This document shows positions 37,232 to 46,526 of a stretch of 64,000 nucleotides of DNA, piece after piece. The first letter of the stretch is position 1. Each line of letters starts with the position of its first letter. The stretch lies in the IMG/VR virus record IMGVR_UViG_3300025133_000026; one strand, 5' to 3'. Below the pieces are notes generated by a model. The model was not told the origin of the DNA. It saw only the letters and a program-made list of their open reading frames with translations, and searched no databases. The position numbers and the translations under genes are program-made. Source of the stretch: a virus.

Positions 37232-37888
37232 TTAGTAGTGACCGATATTACCGTCAGTATCACGAAGACCGCCCGAAAGACGAGTCCAAGGGACAATTCC
37301 CCGGGCAACATAAGTCATTTGCATTTCGGACATAAGGTCATCGATAGAAATACCATAACCTTCGTTCAGAATCTCTACGCCTAGAACACGCATAATCATC
37401 AGTGTGCCTAATTCATTAGCTCCAGTCAGAACAACATCAAAGGGCGGGATTTGGTCAGAGTACCAAGGGGTAGCTGACTCTTGATCATCACCCGCTATAG
37501 TTGAATCCCCCTCACCACCGGGGTTAAGCCCATCGGTCACTCCGACAATACTCGAGTCAATGATTGTGTTAGATGCACCTGTTGAGGGGCGAATCTCCTC
37601 TTTGTCAGCTGCGAACTTGGAACTTGAAAAGATTCCTTGTACACCAACAAGAGCATGTGAATCGAATACAGCAAAAATCAATGTTCCTGCAATGCCGCGC
37701 TTACCGCGAGAGTAAGCACGAGGATCTGGATGCCCAAGCGTATAGATTGGAGCCTTCTCTCTCTGAACAGCATAAGAAATAGCCTGTAGGGGCAGGGCTG
37801 CTTTGTTATGGAAAACAGCCTTAATGTCTACGCCAGAAAGAGAGTTGTATGTATTTTCATAAGCATCACTTGAAGTCAAGGTCGGCAT
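37232..37888 (-). CDS. Tail tube protein (218 aa)
   Basis: Immediately after the sheath; LSGVDIKAVF...LQAISYAVQREKAPIYTLG...RGKRGIAGTL...DQIPPF...YVARGI. Confidence 0.8.
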   Translation of the reverse strand: MPTLTSSDAYENTYNSLSGVDIKAVFHNKAALPLQAISYAVQREKAPIYTLGHPDPRAYSRGKRGIAGTLIFAVFDSHALVGVQGIFSSSKFAADKEEIRPSTGASNTIIDSSIVGVTDGLNPGGEGDSTIAGDDQESATPWYSDQIPPFDVVLTGANELGTLMIMRVLGVEILNEGYGISIDDLMSEMQMTYVARGIVPWTRLSGGLRDTDGNIGHY

Positions 37889-37901
37889 TATCTCTCCTTA
37901 A

Positions 37902-39791
37902 TTATTCTGCAGCAAGACTAACGGTTAGGCTAATCTGTCTTAATTCATAGGCAGGAACAAGAACCATGGGGATCTCTGCCTGACCTGCTACTCTTTGTGC
38001 CGGGGTCGCAGTTACATCAAAGTCATAACGCTCTAGGGCATTTGGAACTTTCTCTTGTAGCTTTGTCTCGATGGCAGTACGGAGGGCTTCTCTTTGTGCT
38101 GTGGTGTTTCCTTCACCAAGGAATGGATCAGAGACATCACGGACTGTCTGAACAACATCTTTGACAATACGAACAGTTGTGAGACGAGTGTAGTCACTGT
38201 CTGGACGAGCCGCAGTTGGAGCATCGGTAACAACAACACCCTTCGGCTTGTTAACGAGAGAGATTAGACGAATACCAGCAAGGTCATCGAGCTTTGAGCC
38301 TTTTAGTTGACGAAGTAGTCTAACTCGTCTCATAACCTTGTTGGTCGGCGCACTTTCTACTCTAAGTCTAGAAACCATGCCAGCATATGAAGTTGCCATT
38401 GTTGAGATGTATGAAGTACTAGAGAAGTTATTAGTATGGACAACCACGCCAGCAACAACAGAAATATACTTTCCGATATCTACCTCAGCATCATTCTCAT
38501 CAGTTTCTTCAATACCATCAAGCCATGTTCCAACTGGTAGCGAGCCTTCGGTAGCAACAAAACCACCACCCTTAGCACCACCCCGGAAGCCAGCAGCACC
38601 TGCAAGCCACTTGTTTCCAAGTAGGCCTGTGCCATTGTCTCCAGATGAATTGACAAATTCTTCTAGGGTTGTTGAGTTGGTTGTGTATTCTGGAAGTTTT
38701 CCAATCCAAGAGGATAGTTCGCTTAACGAATACCCGGTAGGAAGCTTCACTGAAATAGCGCCAATTGGGAATTGCCACTGTTGGTTTGCACGATGACAAA
38801 AACGAGCGAGCTGGTAACCAAAGTTAACTTCATGAAAATCAGTCGCTGACAAAGAAGTTCCATCAATTTTTGCAGAAGGTCCGGCCGAGCCGATAGATGG
38901 GTAGATTTCAGCAATGCCGTCGTCATCAGTGTCCCACCAGAAGTACTCAACACCAAGATATTCTTCAACATAAACCTTACCAAGGACGTCGTTGCTTGCA
39001 CCCATGGTTGGATAAGTCGTTAGACTGGCAAGACCAAGACTTGCGATTTCTGCCGAACTTAAATCTGCAATGTTGAGATCGTCAAGATATGCATCCATTG
39101 GAACTACAATATCGAAATCATAGAAGTCGAGCAGACCATAGGCTTTGTAAAGCTTTTCGTAAAGCTCCATTCGTGAACAACTAGAACCATCAGTACCTGC
39201 AGTGTATGTAACACCAAGGTCAGGAGCAGTGAAGCTTAAAGCGGAGACACCACTCATAAGAACAGGAGCAGATACACTCCCAATATCACTACCTTCTCCA
39301 GTTGTTGGAGTTCCGGTAACGACTATATCTCCGTTTCCTTCTTCGTCCGCGAGTACACCATCGGTGTCGAGGACCCACTCTTCTGCACTAACATCATAAA
39401 TAACAAGGCGATCATTCGCCGCATCATACCAAATAGAAAAGGCATCACCAGCTTCATCATCTAATGAATCTGTTGTGACTGTGTAACCTCCTGTAATAGC
39501 ATCAACACCAATACCCTCAAGAACAGCAGCAGTGCCACCAATTCTCATAAGAGCAACATTGTCTGCCCCCTGGGCTTTAACCTCATGGGCGCCTCGAGCC
39601 AAAGTGCCAACAAGACCAAATTCAGAACGAACGGAACTTAAGTTCTTTAGGACTACGGGGTTATAATTAACACCCTTTCCAGCAGTGCCTAGAACAAGCA
39701 CTTTTGGGGCCGAGGAGGTGCTGTCAACCTGTAAGTTGCCATCGACAAGAGTCGGTTGTACTCCAGGAAGGTTTGTGTAAAAACTGGACAT
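37902..39791 (-). CDS. Contractile tail sheath protein (629 aa)
   Basis: NLPGV N-terminus; YAGMVSRLRVESAPTNK, VVTDAPT, TTVRIV...PFLGEGN, LVPAYELRQI sheath C-terminal motifs. Confidence 0.9.
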   Translation of the reverse strand: MSSFYTNLPGVQPTLVDGNLQVDSTSSAPKVLVLGTAGKGVNYNPVVLKNLSSVRSEFGLVGTLARGAHEVKAQGADNVALMRIGGTAAVLEGIGVDAITGGYTVTTDSLDDEAGDAFSIWYDAANDRLVIYDVSAEEWVLDTDGVLADEEGNGDIVVTGTPTTGEGSDIGSVSAPVLMSGVSALSFTAPDLGVTYTAGTDGSSCSRMELYEKLYKAYGLLDFYDFDIVVPMDAYLDDLNIADLSSAEIASLGLASLTTYPTMGASNDVLGKVYVEEYLGVEYFWWDTDDDGIAEIYPSIGSAGPSAKIDGTSLSATDFHEVNFGYQLARFCHRANQQWQFPIGAISVKLPTGYSLSELSSWIGKLPEYTTNSTTLEEFVNSSGDNGTGLLGNKWLAGAAGFRGGAKGGGFVATEGSLPVGTWLDGIEETDENDAEVDIGKYISVVAGVVVHTNNFSSTSYISTMATSYAGMVSRLRVESAPTNKVMRRVRLLRQLKGSKLDDLAGIRLISLVNKPKGVVVTDAPTAARPDSDYTRLTTVRIVKDVVQTVRDVSDPFLGEGNTTAQREALRTAIETKLQEKVPNALERYDFDVTATPAQRVAGQAEIPMVLVPAYELRQISLTVSLAAE

Positions 39792-39806
39792 TTTTTATCC
39801 TCCAGA

Positions 39807-40547
39807 TTATGGTTGACTTAAACCTAAATTAAGAATGATATCTCTAAGCTCGGCTTCAACTATGTTGAAGGTACGGTCTGTTCGGAAATAATATTTCATC
39901 GGTCGACCCTTTAGCCAGTTACCTTGAGTATCGTCCTCCAATCTTACATCCGTTTGTCTTTCAACAAAGAGTACCTCAGAGATACCTTTTAATTTAAAAT
40001 ACCAACGGTAAATATTCATAAAATCTTCAAACCACAAAGCTCTTGTATTAGCTGCCTTGTTACTTTTAGCCCAACAAGTAAATTCTACCACATTCTCCAT
40101 CATCTGGCCCATAACCACCACTCTTTGGTTAGGGTGGGTGGGGTCAACCTTGACATAGCGGGCTCTTGGTTGCCATTCACGGCGGTCGCCGTCCTTGAGG
40201 GATGTCGAGAGTCGTCCTTGACTTATTCGCGCAGGACAACGCTTTACAAGCCTCCAGGTGATAGTTTCAGACAATGCATCTGACGGAGGTGATTCTTCTA
40301 CCAACTGGACACGATCTGCATTAATGATTTTCTTTCTATTTTGAAAGTCAGTCAGTGCAATTTGAACTTCTCTAATTGCATAGTCTATGTCTTTAGATGC
40401 TACAGGCAATACTCCAGCTTCTGAAGTATCAGCAGATGAGCCAAGAACATGTACTTTTTTTCCACCTCTCGCCAAATTGTCTATAAGCTCTTCAACTCTT
40501 ATAGACAAGTTTGCCAATTCAGGAGGTAGGTCTTTTAGATCTGGCAT
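39807..40547 (-). CDS. Tail completion/terminator protein (246 aa)
   Basis: Position before the sheath; VEFTCWAKSNKAAN.RALWFEDFM pattern. Confidence 0.6.
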   Translation of the reverse strand: MPDLKDLPPELANLSIRVEELIDNLARGGKKVHVLGSSADTSEAGVLPVASKDIDYAIREVQIALTDFQNRKKIINADRVQLVEESPPSDALSETITWRLVKRCPARISQGRLSTSLKDGDRREWQPRARYVKVDPTHPNQRVVVMGQMMENVVEFTCWAKSNKAANTRALWFEDFMNIYRWYFKLKGISEVLFVERQTDVRLEDDTQGNWLKGRPMKYYFRTDRTFNIVEAELRDIILNLGLSQP

Positions 40548-41116
40548 TATGTACTGTACCTTTGCTGGTTGTTATCAATGACAACAGCTTCTTTCTCAGA
40601 GCAGTGAACGGCCCAATACTCCAACCGCCCATTGTCTGAACGATAAGGAACAATTGTCTGCGGTCGATAAAGCTTTAGTCTGGTGTGAGGTGTGTAGATC
40701 GAACCATCTTTGTTTGTTCTTAGTTCAACTATACGATCATAATAATCAATAGTCACCGTGCTTTTCAAATAGAAGACAAGAGTTTGTACATTAATTGTTC
40801 CTATCTTTTGATAAAGATCTCTTTTTGTAAAACCAACCTCAGAGCCTCGAACATATGTTCTTCGAACGTCAATCCACTCTTCATCCCAGAAATAGCCCTC
40901 TCCAAGACAAAACGGACAATGAAAATCCATATCAGGTTCTTGAGTTAGTTCATCTACACAAGAGCATTCAATGAGAGCATCGTTACTGTCTCTTCTCATT
41001 CGGCGAAGAAGGCCTTTGTGAGATTTTGCAATTTCAGAACCCGTGCCATCGAACATGTCGATAAGCTCTTGTCGAAGATCACCTTCAGCAACTTTTGAAT
41101 AGAACTTGGTGGTCAT
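40547..41116 (-). CDS. Neck / head-closure protein with Cys cluster (189 aa)
   Basis: CSC...PD..FHCPFCLGEGYFW and DNGRLEYW; synteny. Confidence 0.6.
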   Translation of the reverse strand: MTTKFYSKVAEGDLRQELIDMFDGTGSEIAKSHKGLLRRMRRDSNDALIECSCVDELTQEPDMDFHCPFCLGEGYFWDEEWIDVRRTYVRGSEVGFTKRDLYQKIGTINVQTLVFYLKSTVTIDYYDRIVELRTNKDGSIYTPHTRLKLYRPQTIVPYRSDNGRLEYWAVHCSEKEAVVIDNNQQRYST

Positions 41117-42141
41117 TAGTTATGCTTTTTATTGTCTGGATCTGTAGCATCGTCTTCCCAGGAGTGGACAACTCTACGATTCGCTTCTTTAGTATATGTT
41201 CGAGAATTAGCGCCTCGACCAGAGTTGTTCCAACTACGACCAAAAGCAGGTCGGTCTGCATGTTGACGACCCTTGATTCCGAACCTAGGCTTGAGAGAAG
41301 TATGCTCACTAAGCTCTCCTCCAGAAGCTAAGACTCTCTTCCATCGAAGACAAGCTTCTCTCATGTCGTTTATAAAACTTTGATAGCTCTCTGTATCCCA
41401 TTGAACTTCTAGTTGATCAAGTTTCTTTTTCTTAGGTAAGACTGAAATAGTATTTTGCAAAAGAAGCATTCCCGTACGACACATAACATATTGTCGACGA
41501 GCATGATTGTACCAATCACTATTTGTAATACTGGTTGTATAAGTTAAAAGATCAGATTCTTTAGAGGCTTGCCAAATAGTAAAATCTATAGTTTCTGTAT
41601 CTAAAGACCCGAGGTAGCTTCCTAGCTCTAAATCAACTATATCTGAGCTGACATAATAAGGATAGAGAGTTGTTGACCATCTAAATGCATAATCTTCAGC
41701 GAGGGTGTTTCCGTCTGTATCTGCAATAGTCTCATCTAAAGTTATCGTAACAACATAGTTGTTGTCAAGTTCGAGAGACACCATGGAGATTTTCTCAAGG
41801 ACATCAAAGCTGAAGATAACAGTACTACTAACACCATCGATAGTAGCCACCCAACGGTCATAGTAAGTGCCGACTGTTCTGTCAATTGCAACTGGCCATG
41901 TATAGGAATAAATTCCTGTTTCGTGCAAGATAACAAGGTTTGTTCCTTGTTGTCCAACGCCACCCAAAGAGGAAGTTGTTGCATTCAAAACAATGGCATC
42001 TCCGTCTACAACCGAACTATCAGAAGGGTCAGTAGAAAAGATACTTAACTGTGGAGTAGAATCAGGATTTATCAAAGTTCCATCAGCATTTGTAAACTGT
42101 ACAATTAGCTGAATGTCACCATCTTGATACTGATTTCTCAT
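41116..42141 (-). CDS. Head-tail adaptor-like protein (341 aa)
   Basis: Synteny; N-terminal beta domain and helical C-terminus with KKKKLDQLEVQW. Confidence 0.5.
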   Translation of the reverse strand: MRNQYQDGDIQLIVQFTNADGTLINPDSTPQLSIFSTDPSDSSVVDGDAIVLNATTSSLGGVGQQGTNLVILHETGIYSYTWPVAIDRTVGTYYDRWVATIDGVSSTVIFSFDVLEKISMVSLELDNNYVVTITLDETIADTDGNTLAEDYAFRWSTTLYPYYVSSDIVDLELGSYLGSLDTETIDFTIWQASKESDLLTYTTSITNSDWYNHARRQYVMCRTGMLLLQNTISVLPKKKKLDQLEVQWDTESYQSFINDMREACLRWKRVLASGGELSEHTSLKPRFGIKGRQHADRPAFGRSWNNSGRGANSRTYTKEANRRVVHSWEDDATDPDNKKHN

Positions 42142-42506
42142 TAGACTGTATCCAAGGCCTCTGGCAAATCAGACAAGTCAATAGTGTACGTCCCTGGTCC
42201 ATAGTTCCAAGTAACAGTAGTCCCTGTAGCATCTGCAGGCCCTGTGCTTTCGATAGAAGAAACAACTCTGTCTGCCGGACCAATGAAAGTTGTACTTTCT
42301 ATTCGACGACCACCGTTGGAGTGAAGCAGCCAGGTTCCGTAATCAGGAATAGGATGGCCTGAAACAGATGTTGTTGTTGGTCTAACTCCTAGATAAAATG
42401 CATCGCGGCGGCGCACTTCTCCAGACATTTTAATAATATCTGTACGTAGTAAATCTCCAGCCGCGTTGTAGTAAAGTCTTTGATATTCAACACTAGCGAA
42501 TGCCAT
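42141..42506 (-). CDS. Hypothetical virion protein (121 aa)
   Basis: ORF track; GGAG SD; TAATG coupling. Confidence 0.5.
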   Translation of the reverse strand: MAFASVEYQRLYYNAAGDLLRTDIIKMSGEVRRRDAFYLGVRPTTTSVSGHPIPDYGTWLLHSNGGRRIESTTFIGPADRVVSSIESTGPADATGTTVTWNYGPGTYTIDLSDLPEALDTV

Positions 42507-42516
42507 AACCTACTCC

Positions 42517-43644
42517 TTATATATCAATATATAAGTCCTTGCCACTGACGGTAAGGACTTTGGGTACTGCCCCTATCTCGCTCAAATCGCTTCCATCAAA
42601 CACACCATCTACAGGATTCACAGTAACAGAGACTGTTTCCTGAGTAATTGTGTCTGAATCGATATTGGCAGAGAAGGTTACAGTTATTCTCTTTTTAGTA
42701 ACAGAAATACGAGTAGACTTATCTACAGGACTAGTAGAAGAAACACTGAGTGCAGTCGTGCTCGTAGAAGTAGAAGTACCACCCAAAACAGTAGTACTTG
42801 TAGTGCTGGGAAGGGAGATAATCGAACCTGACCCAGTGGTGAATGTCCACTTATAAGTCGTGGTCATATACAAAGGAGCAGAAACATTAAAGCTAAAGCT
42901 GTCGTCTACTATAAAGCCACTTCCACCAAAAGTAATATAAACATCATTGTCTAACTCAACTTCGTTTGTGCTTGTAGTTCCTGTTCGGACGAGACTAGGG
43001 GCAGATGTTTTGTACCACTGGTACTTCGCCGTACCTATGTCCCCTGCAGTTGTTATCTCTACTATATAACCATCGTCTATAGTGCCTGTATACCCCCCTG
43101 AGACTGTTGCTGTGCCCGACCCGAGGTTCATACCCAAGGAGACATCGAAAACAGTCCTAGCAGCCAAGCCTACGCGAATGGTGTCACTTGAATCTTCATC
43201 ACCAGCTAAGTAAATAGTATAGGTTGTGCTAGGAGATAAGTTCTTGCTGGGAGAAAAGATAGCTTTAGTTCTATATGCGCCTGCACCAGCAGAATAAGTT
43301 CCAGACGAAACAGCATTGTCGTCTGCATCAAGTTTCTCAAAGGTAAATGTGCCAGCCACCAAGCCTTGATAATTTGGACTGTCTAAGAACAGTTCAGGCT
43401 CTGGCGTTTCAGCCCTATCGAAAGTTTGTAGACCACCACCTGTCCATCGATCAGTGTCGGGGCCTTCAACGATAAAGGCTTTATTGATTGAAACTGGATC
43501 AATTTCTTGATCAAAAACAACCCATACAGTGCTTCCAAGAACAACACCAGAAGCGCTATCGGACGGAAATACATTTTGAACAGTAGGGGCAGCCACAGAC
43601 TTTAATCCTTGATAAGCCTGAAGGTTCTCCCCAGGGAGACCCAC
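42517..43644 (-). CDS. Ig-like (Big_5-type) domain capsid/neck accessory protein (375 aa)
   Basis: PTVQNVFPSDSASGV...VVFDQEID, FSPSKNLSPSTTYTI, YKWTFTTG and a second VSSTSPVD...VTFSANID repeat; GTG start. Confidence 0.65.
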   Translation of the reverse strand: MGLPGENLQAYQGLKSVAAPTVQNVFPSDSASGVVLGSTVWVVFDQEIDPVSINKAFIVEGPDTDRWTGGGLQTFDRAETPEPELFLDSPNYQGLVAGTFTFEKLDADDNAVSSGTYSAGAGAYRTKAIFSPSKNLSPSTTYTIYLAGDEDSSDTIRVGLAARTVFDVSLGMNLGSGTATVSGGYTGTIDDGYIVEITTAGDIGTAKYQWYKTSAPSLVRTGTTSTNEVELDNDVYITFGGSGFIVDDSFSFNVSAPLYMTTTYKWTFTTGSGSIISLPSTTSTTVLGGTSTSTSTTALSVSSTSPVDKSTRISVTKKRITVTFSANIDSDTITQETVSVTVNPVDGVFDGSDLSEIGAVPKVLTVSGKDLYIDI

Positions 43645-43934
43645 CAGTTATTACTAAGTTCTTTATTCTTACGCTTTTCTTGGTCTAGCTTGTCCATAAG
43701 CTTTCTGGTTTCTTCTGTTCTATTTGCACAGCGAGCAATCCAGAGATCTTTCTCTTGGTATAGTTTACGTATTTCTTCAAGTTGACTATCAGAAGGAAGG
43801 CCTCTAGCCTCAATGAATATTTCTTCATTGTCTCCTTCTATAATACTGAAGTGGTCGTATTCAGCATTCTCTTTAATTAGTTTTTTCTTTGTGGCCTCAA
43901 CCATTGCTTTAAGGCGTAATTCTTCTCTATTCAT
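43602..43934 (-). CDS. Hypothetical charged coiled-coil protein (110 aa)
   Basis: ORF track; AGGA SD; overlaps the next gene by 43 nt. Confidence 0.5.
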   Translation of the reverse strand: MNREELRLKAMVEATKKKLIKENAEYDHFSIIEGDNEEIFIEARGLPSDSQLEEIRKLYQEKDLWIARCANRTEETRKLMDKLDQEKRKNKELSNNWWVSLGRTFRLIKD

Positions 43935-43950
43935 GTTGGTTCCTACAATG

Positions 43951-43982
43951 AGGGGCCAGCCAGTGAGAACCAGCTGGCCCCT
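43951..43982 (-). terminator. GC-rich hairpin downstream of the capsid gene (terminator or mRNA-stabilising)
   Basis: aggggccagc (43951-60) / gctggcccct (43973-82) is a perfect 10-bp stem. There is no U-tract, so it is not a canonical intrinsic terminator. A second stem tagttag/ctaacta lies near 44000-44025. Confidence 0.4.
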
Positions 43983-44032
43983 GTGGGCTTCAGAGCTTTA
44001 TAGTTAGCAGGGTTGAACTAACTACCGGTAGA

Positions 44033-45271
44033 TTAAACTACAGCGGTAGTAGCAGGAATTTCAGCAACCTCGCCAGATACAGTCTGCGTTAGCTGTGCCG
44101 GAAGAACGATCTGGTTGGGAACAACCTTAACATTCTTGGCGACTGCAATGGCAAGACCCTCATTATAGATACCAATGCCGTAACGTTCACGAAGCTTAAT
44201 CTTGCGGACATCGACACGAGGATCACTCCATTCATCGGTCGTAAGAGCTTCATCAACAAGCATTGCACCTAGCTCGCCTGACTGGAATACAACTACATCA
44301 GTAAGTAGAGTATCCGGATCAAATGGCATGAAGGGGCTAACAATTACTCGGAATGGGAAGGGCATGTAGCTCGGAAGAACGGGAGCACCAGTGGCATTCT
44401 GGTCATAGTCATTGACTCCAGAAGCACTTTGTGAACCAGCGTTTCCACCGGGAACGATATCACGACCACCACTTAGACCAAGCTTACCTTGGGGACCATT
44501 CTGGATCGGGTAACGAGCAGCGGGGGAACCCTGCCATCGCTGGAAGAAGCTTCCACCACCTGACTGTAGCGCGAAAGAACGCATAGTCGGATCCTTAACC
44601 CACATTAGCCATGTAAGCGGGTGAACAAGAATGGTATCAGGAACGAAGCCCTGATGGATAAGTTGTGCCATCATGTCGAAAAGGTCATCCATTATCATGG
44701 AACCATTCGCAGCACCAGCTAGGCCACGTCCAGTGGTTACACCGTGTGAACTAGTTGTGGGGTCAGCGTTATCGAATACCTTAACACCTAGCGAAAGGAC
44801 GTGTTGGAAGATCTTGGTTTCTTTGTGACGAGCCATCGCACGACCAGCTTGTCTCATGTATAGACCCATGAGATCAAACTGACTGTAGCGAATCATCTCT
44901 TCAGTGAAACCAAAAGCCATACCAACCTTACCTACGTTAGCGGTAACCGTCGCACCGCCAATCTGGGGCTGGTGCTCTGGGTACTCTTGACCTTCTGCAA
45001 TATCGTCAGCAGTCATTGCACCCATCGCTGGGAAAACAATTGACTGGCCATACTGATACGGAATCTGATCTAGCAAACTGGTACCGACAAGGAGAGGCTC
45101 TTGTGCCTCTTGGATGATCTGGACTACAACCTTAGGAAGTAGGGGGCCAGCATTGGATGTATTTAGAACATCCATCATCTCAAATCTTTTACCAGTCACG
45201 AGATCGAGTCCGCCACTCTGTAGAATAGAGCGAGCATGGTTCGTGTCTTTAAATTCAAAACCGGACATCAT
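44033..45271 (-). CDS. Major capsid protein, HK97 fold (412 aa)
   Basis: IAEGQEYPE, KVGMAFGFTEEMIRYSQFD, GRAMARHKE, PDTILVHPL, KLRERYGIGI; follows the protease and decoration genes. Confidence 0.9.
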   Translation of the reverse strand: MMSGFEFKDTNHARSILQSGGLDLVTGKRFEMMDVLNTSNAGPLLPKVVVQIIQEAQEPLLVGTSLLDQIPYQYGQSIVFPAMGAMTADDIAEGQEYPEHQPQIGGATVTANVGKVGMAFGFTEEMIRYSQFDLMGLYMRQAGRAMARHKETKIFQHVLSLGVKVFDNADPTTSSHGVTTGRGLAGAANGSMIMDDLFDMMAQLIHQGFVPDTILVHPLTWLMWVKDPTMRSFALQSGGGSFFQRWQGSPAARYPIQNGPQGKLGLSGGRDIVPGGNAGSQSASGVNDYDQNATGAPVLPSYMPFPFRVIVSPFMPFDPDTLLTDVVVFQSGELGAMLVDEALTTDEWSDPRVDVRKIKLRERYGIGIYNEGLAIAVAKNVKVVPNQIVLPAQLTQTVSGEVAEIPATTAVV

Positions 45272-45278
45272 TCTCTCC

Positions 45279-46526
45279 TTATCGACTGATTAGGTTGATG
45301 ATTACTTCGCGGTCGGCACCGGTTGTACTGACATTTAGAGTGTCAGGAAAACCAGAGGTTGCAGTACCAGGCATTTGGTTCACAGTACCAAGAGACGAGT
45401 AATGTGTCTTGACTTTGTCAAGATTGTCTCTCGGATGTGTAATAAAGCCTAGGACCTGGCCCATAACGGTATTGATACCGGTACCAGTAGCTAATGTAAA
45501 GTTAGAGTCACCATCGACCTCAACGAGTGAACCGGGGCGAAGTAGCCCTGTCGCAGCGACATAATCGTGGACAGAAGTCGGAACGCTGTTGTAATGGTTG
45601 TAAGAAAGTACAGTACCGCTTACGCGTGCTGGAACGGTAGCTCCACCAGAGACCCAGAAGAAGGCAACGCCAGCTTCGTAATCGAGGTAATAGTCACCGG
45701 ACTGAGACATACCATCAACGCTAGTGCGCTCACGAAGTAGGAGCGTAGAATCATCAGCAGAGATTGTAGTTCTCGCAGTGCTCTTAGCCAACGCAGAGTT
45801 GGTTAGAGAAGCAGCAATAAAGTCTGTACTTGTAACACCGCTATAGCGAACAGTCGCAATAACGTTAGCAGCACTAAAGAGGTTGCCCGCACCATAGGTG
45901 AGAGTTGAGCCAGTAAGAGCCGCATCTAGTGTCTCGTCAGTCGACGCGGACGCCAAGTGAGGTACACGAATTACATAGTCGCAAAGGACCGCTACCTGAT
46001 GTTGCATACGGAAGTTGTGGAACTTGAGATCCGCAGGCTTGAAGCCATCACGAGAGGTTGAGGCCCATACGTAGTAAGACTGCGCAGCTACACCAACAGG
46101 CATAGATACAAACGCATCGGGCGTTTCGGCGGAACCGATTAGGCCTCTACTGCGAAGAGCAGTCTGAACTTGGGTTAGAGTGTAAGAAGTAGCAGCTGAA
46201 ACAACCGCACCAGTGGTCAGGTCGATAACCTGCTCCGTAACATCGTTGGCAGTGTAGGTTAGGACTGTATCACCGCCAGCAGCAGCAGCCCAGCTTACAC
46301 GGAGACCAGCAGGACAGACATCACCCTCACGGGTTAGACCAACGGCCTTTCCAGCAGCAACAACAATCCAATTCTCGTAGTGCTTATCCTGAAATACAAC
46401 AGGGAGCCACGGAGCCGGAATAGAGTTGAAGTGCGGACGGATCCCCTCACTGTGCTCAAAGTTAGGAACGAGGTTACCTACATGATCCCACTGTCTACTA
46501 GTAGGGGTATAACTGTTAAAACTCAT
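45279..46526 (-). CDS. Capsid decoration / minor capsid protein (415 aa)
   Basis: Between scaffold and MCP; PAPWLP...VVAAGKAVG, PGSLVEVD, VMGQV motifs. Confidence 0.6.
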   Translation of the reverse strand: MSFNSYTPTSRQWDHVGNLVPNFEHSEGIRPHFNSIPAPWLPVVFQDKHYENWIVVAAGKAVGLTREGDVCPAGLRVSWAAAAGGDTVLTYTANDVTEQVIDLTTGAVVSAATSYTLTQVQTALRSRGLIGSAETPDAFVSMPVGVAAQSYYVWASTSRDGFKPADLKFHNFRMQHQVAVLCDYVIRVPHLASASTDETLDAALTGSTLTYGAGNLFSAANVIATVRYSGVTSTDFIAASLTNSALAKSTARTTISADDSTLLLRERTSVDGMSQSGDYYLDYEAGVAFFWVSGGATVPARVSGTVLSYNHYNSVPTSVHDYVAATGLLRPGSLVEVDGDSNFTLATGTGINTVMGQVLGFITHPRDNLDKVKTHYSSLGTVNQMPGTATSGFPDTLNVSTTGADREVIINLISR

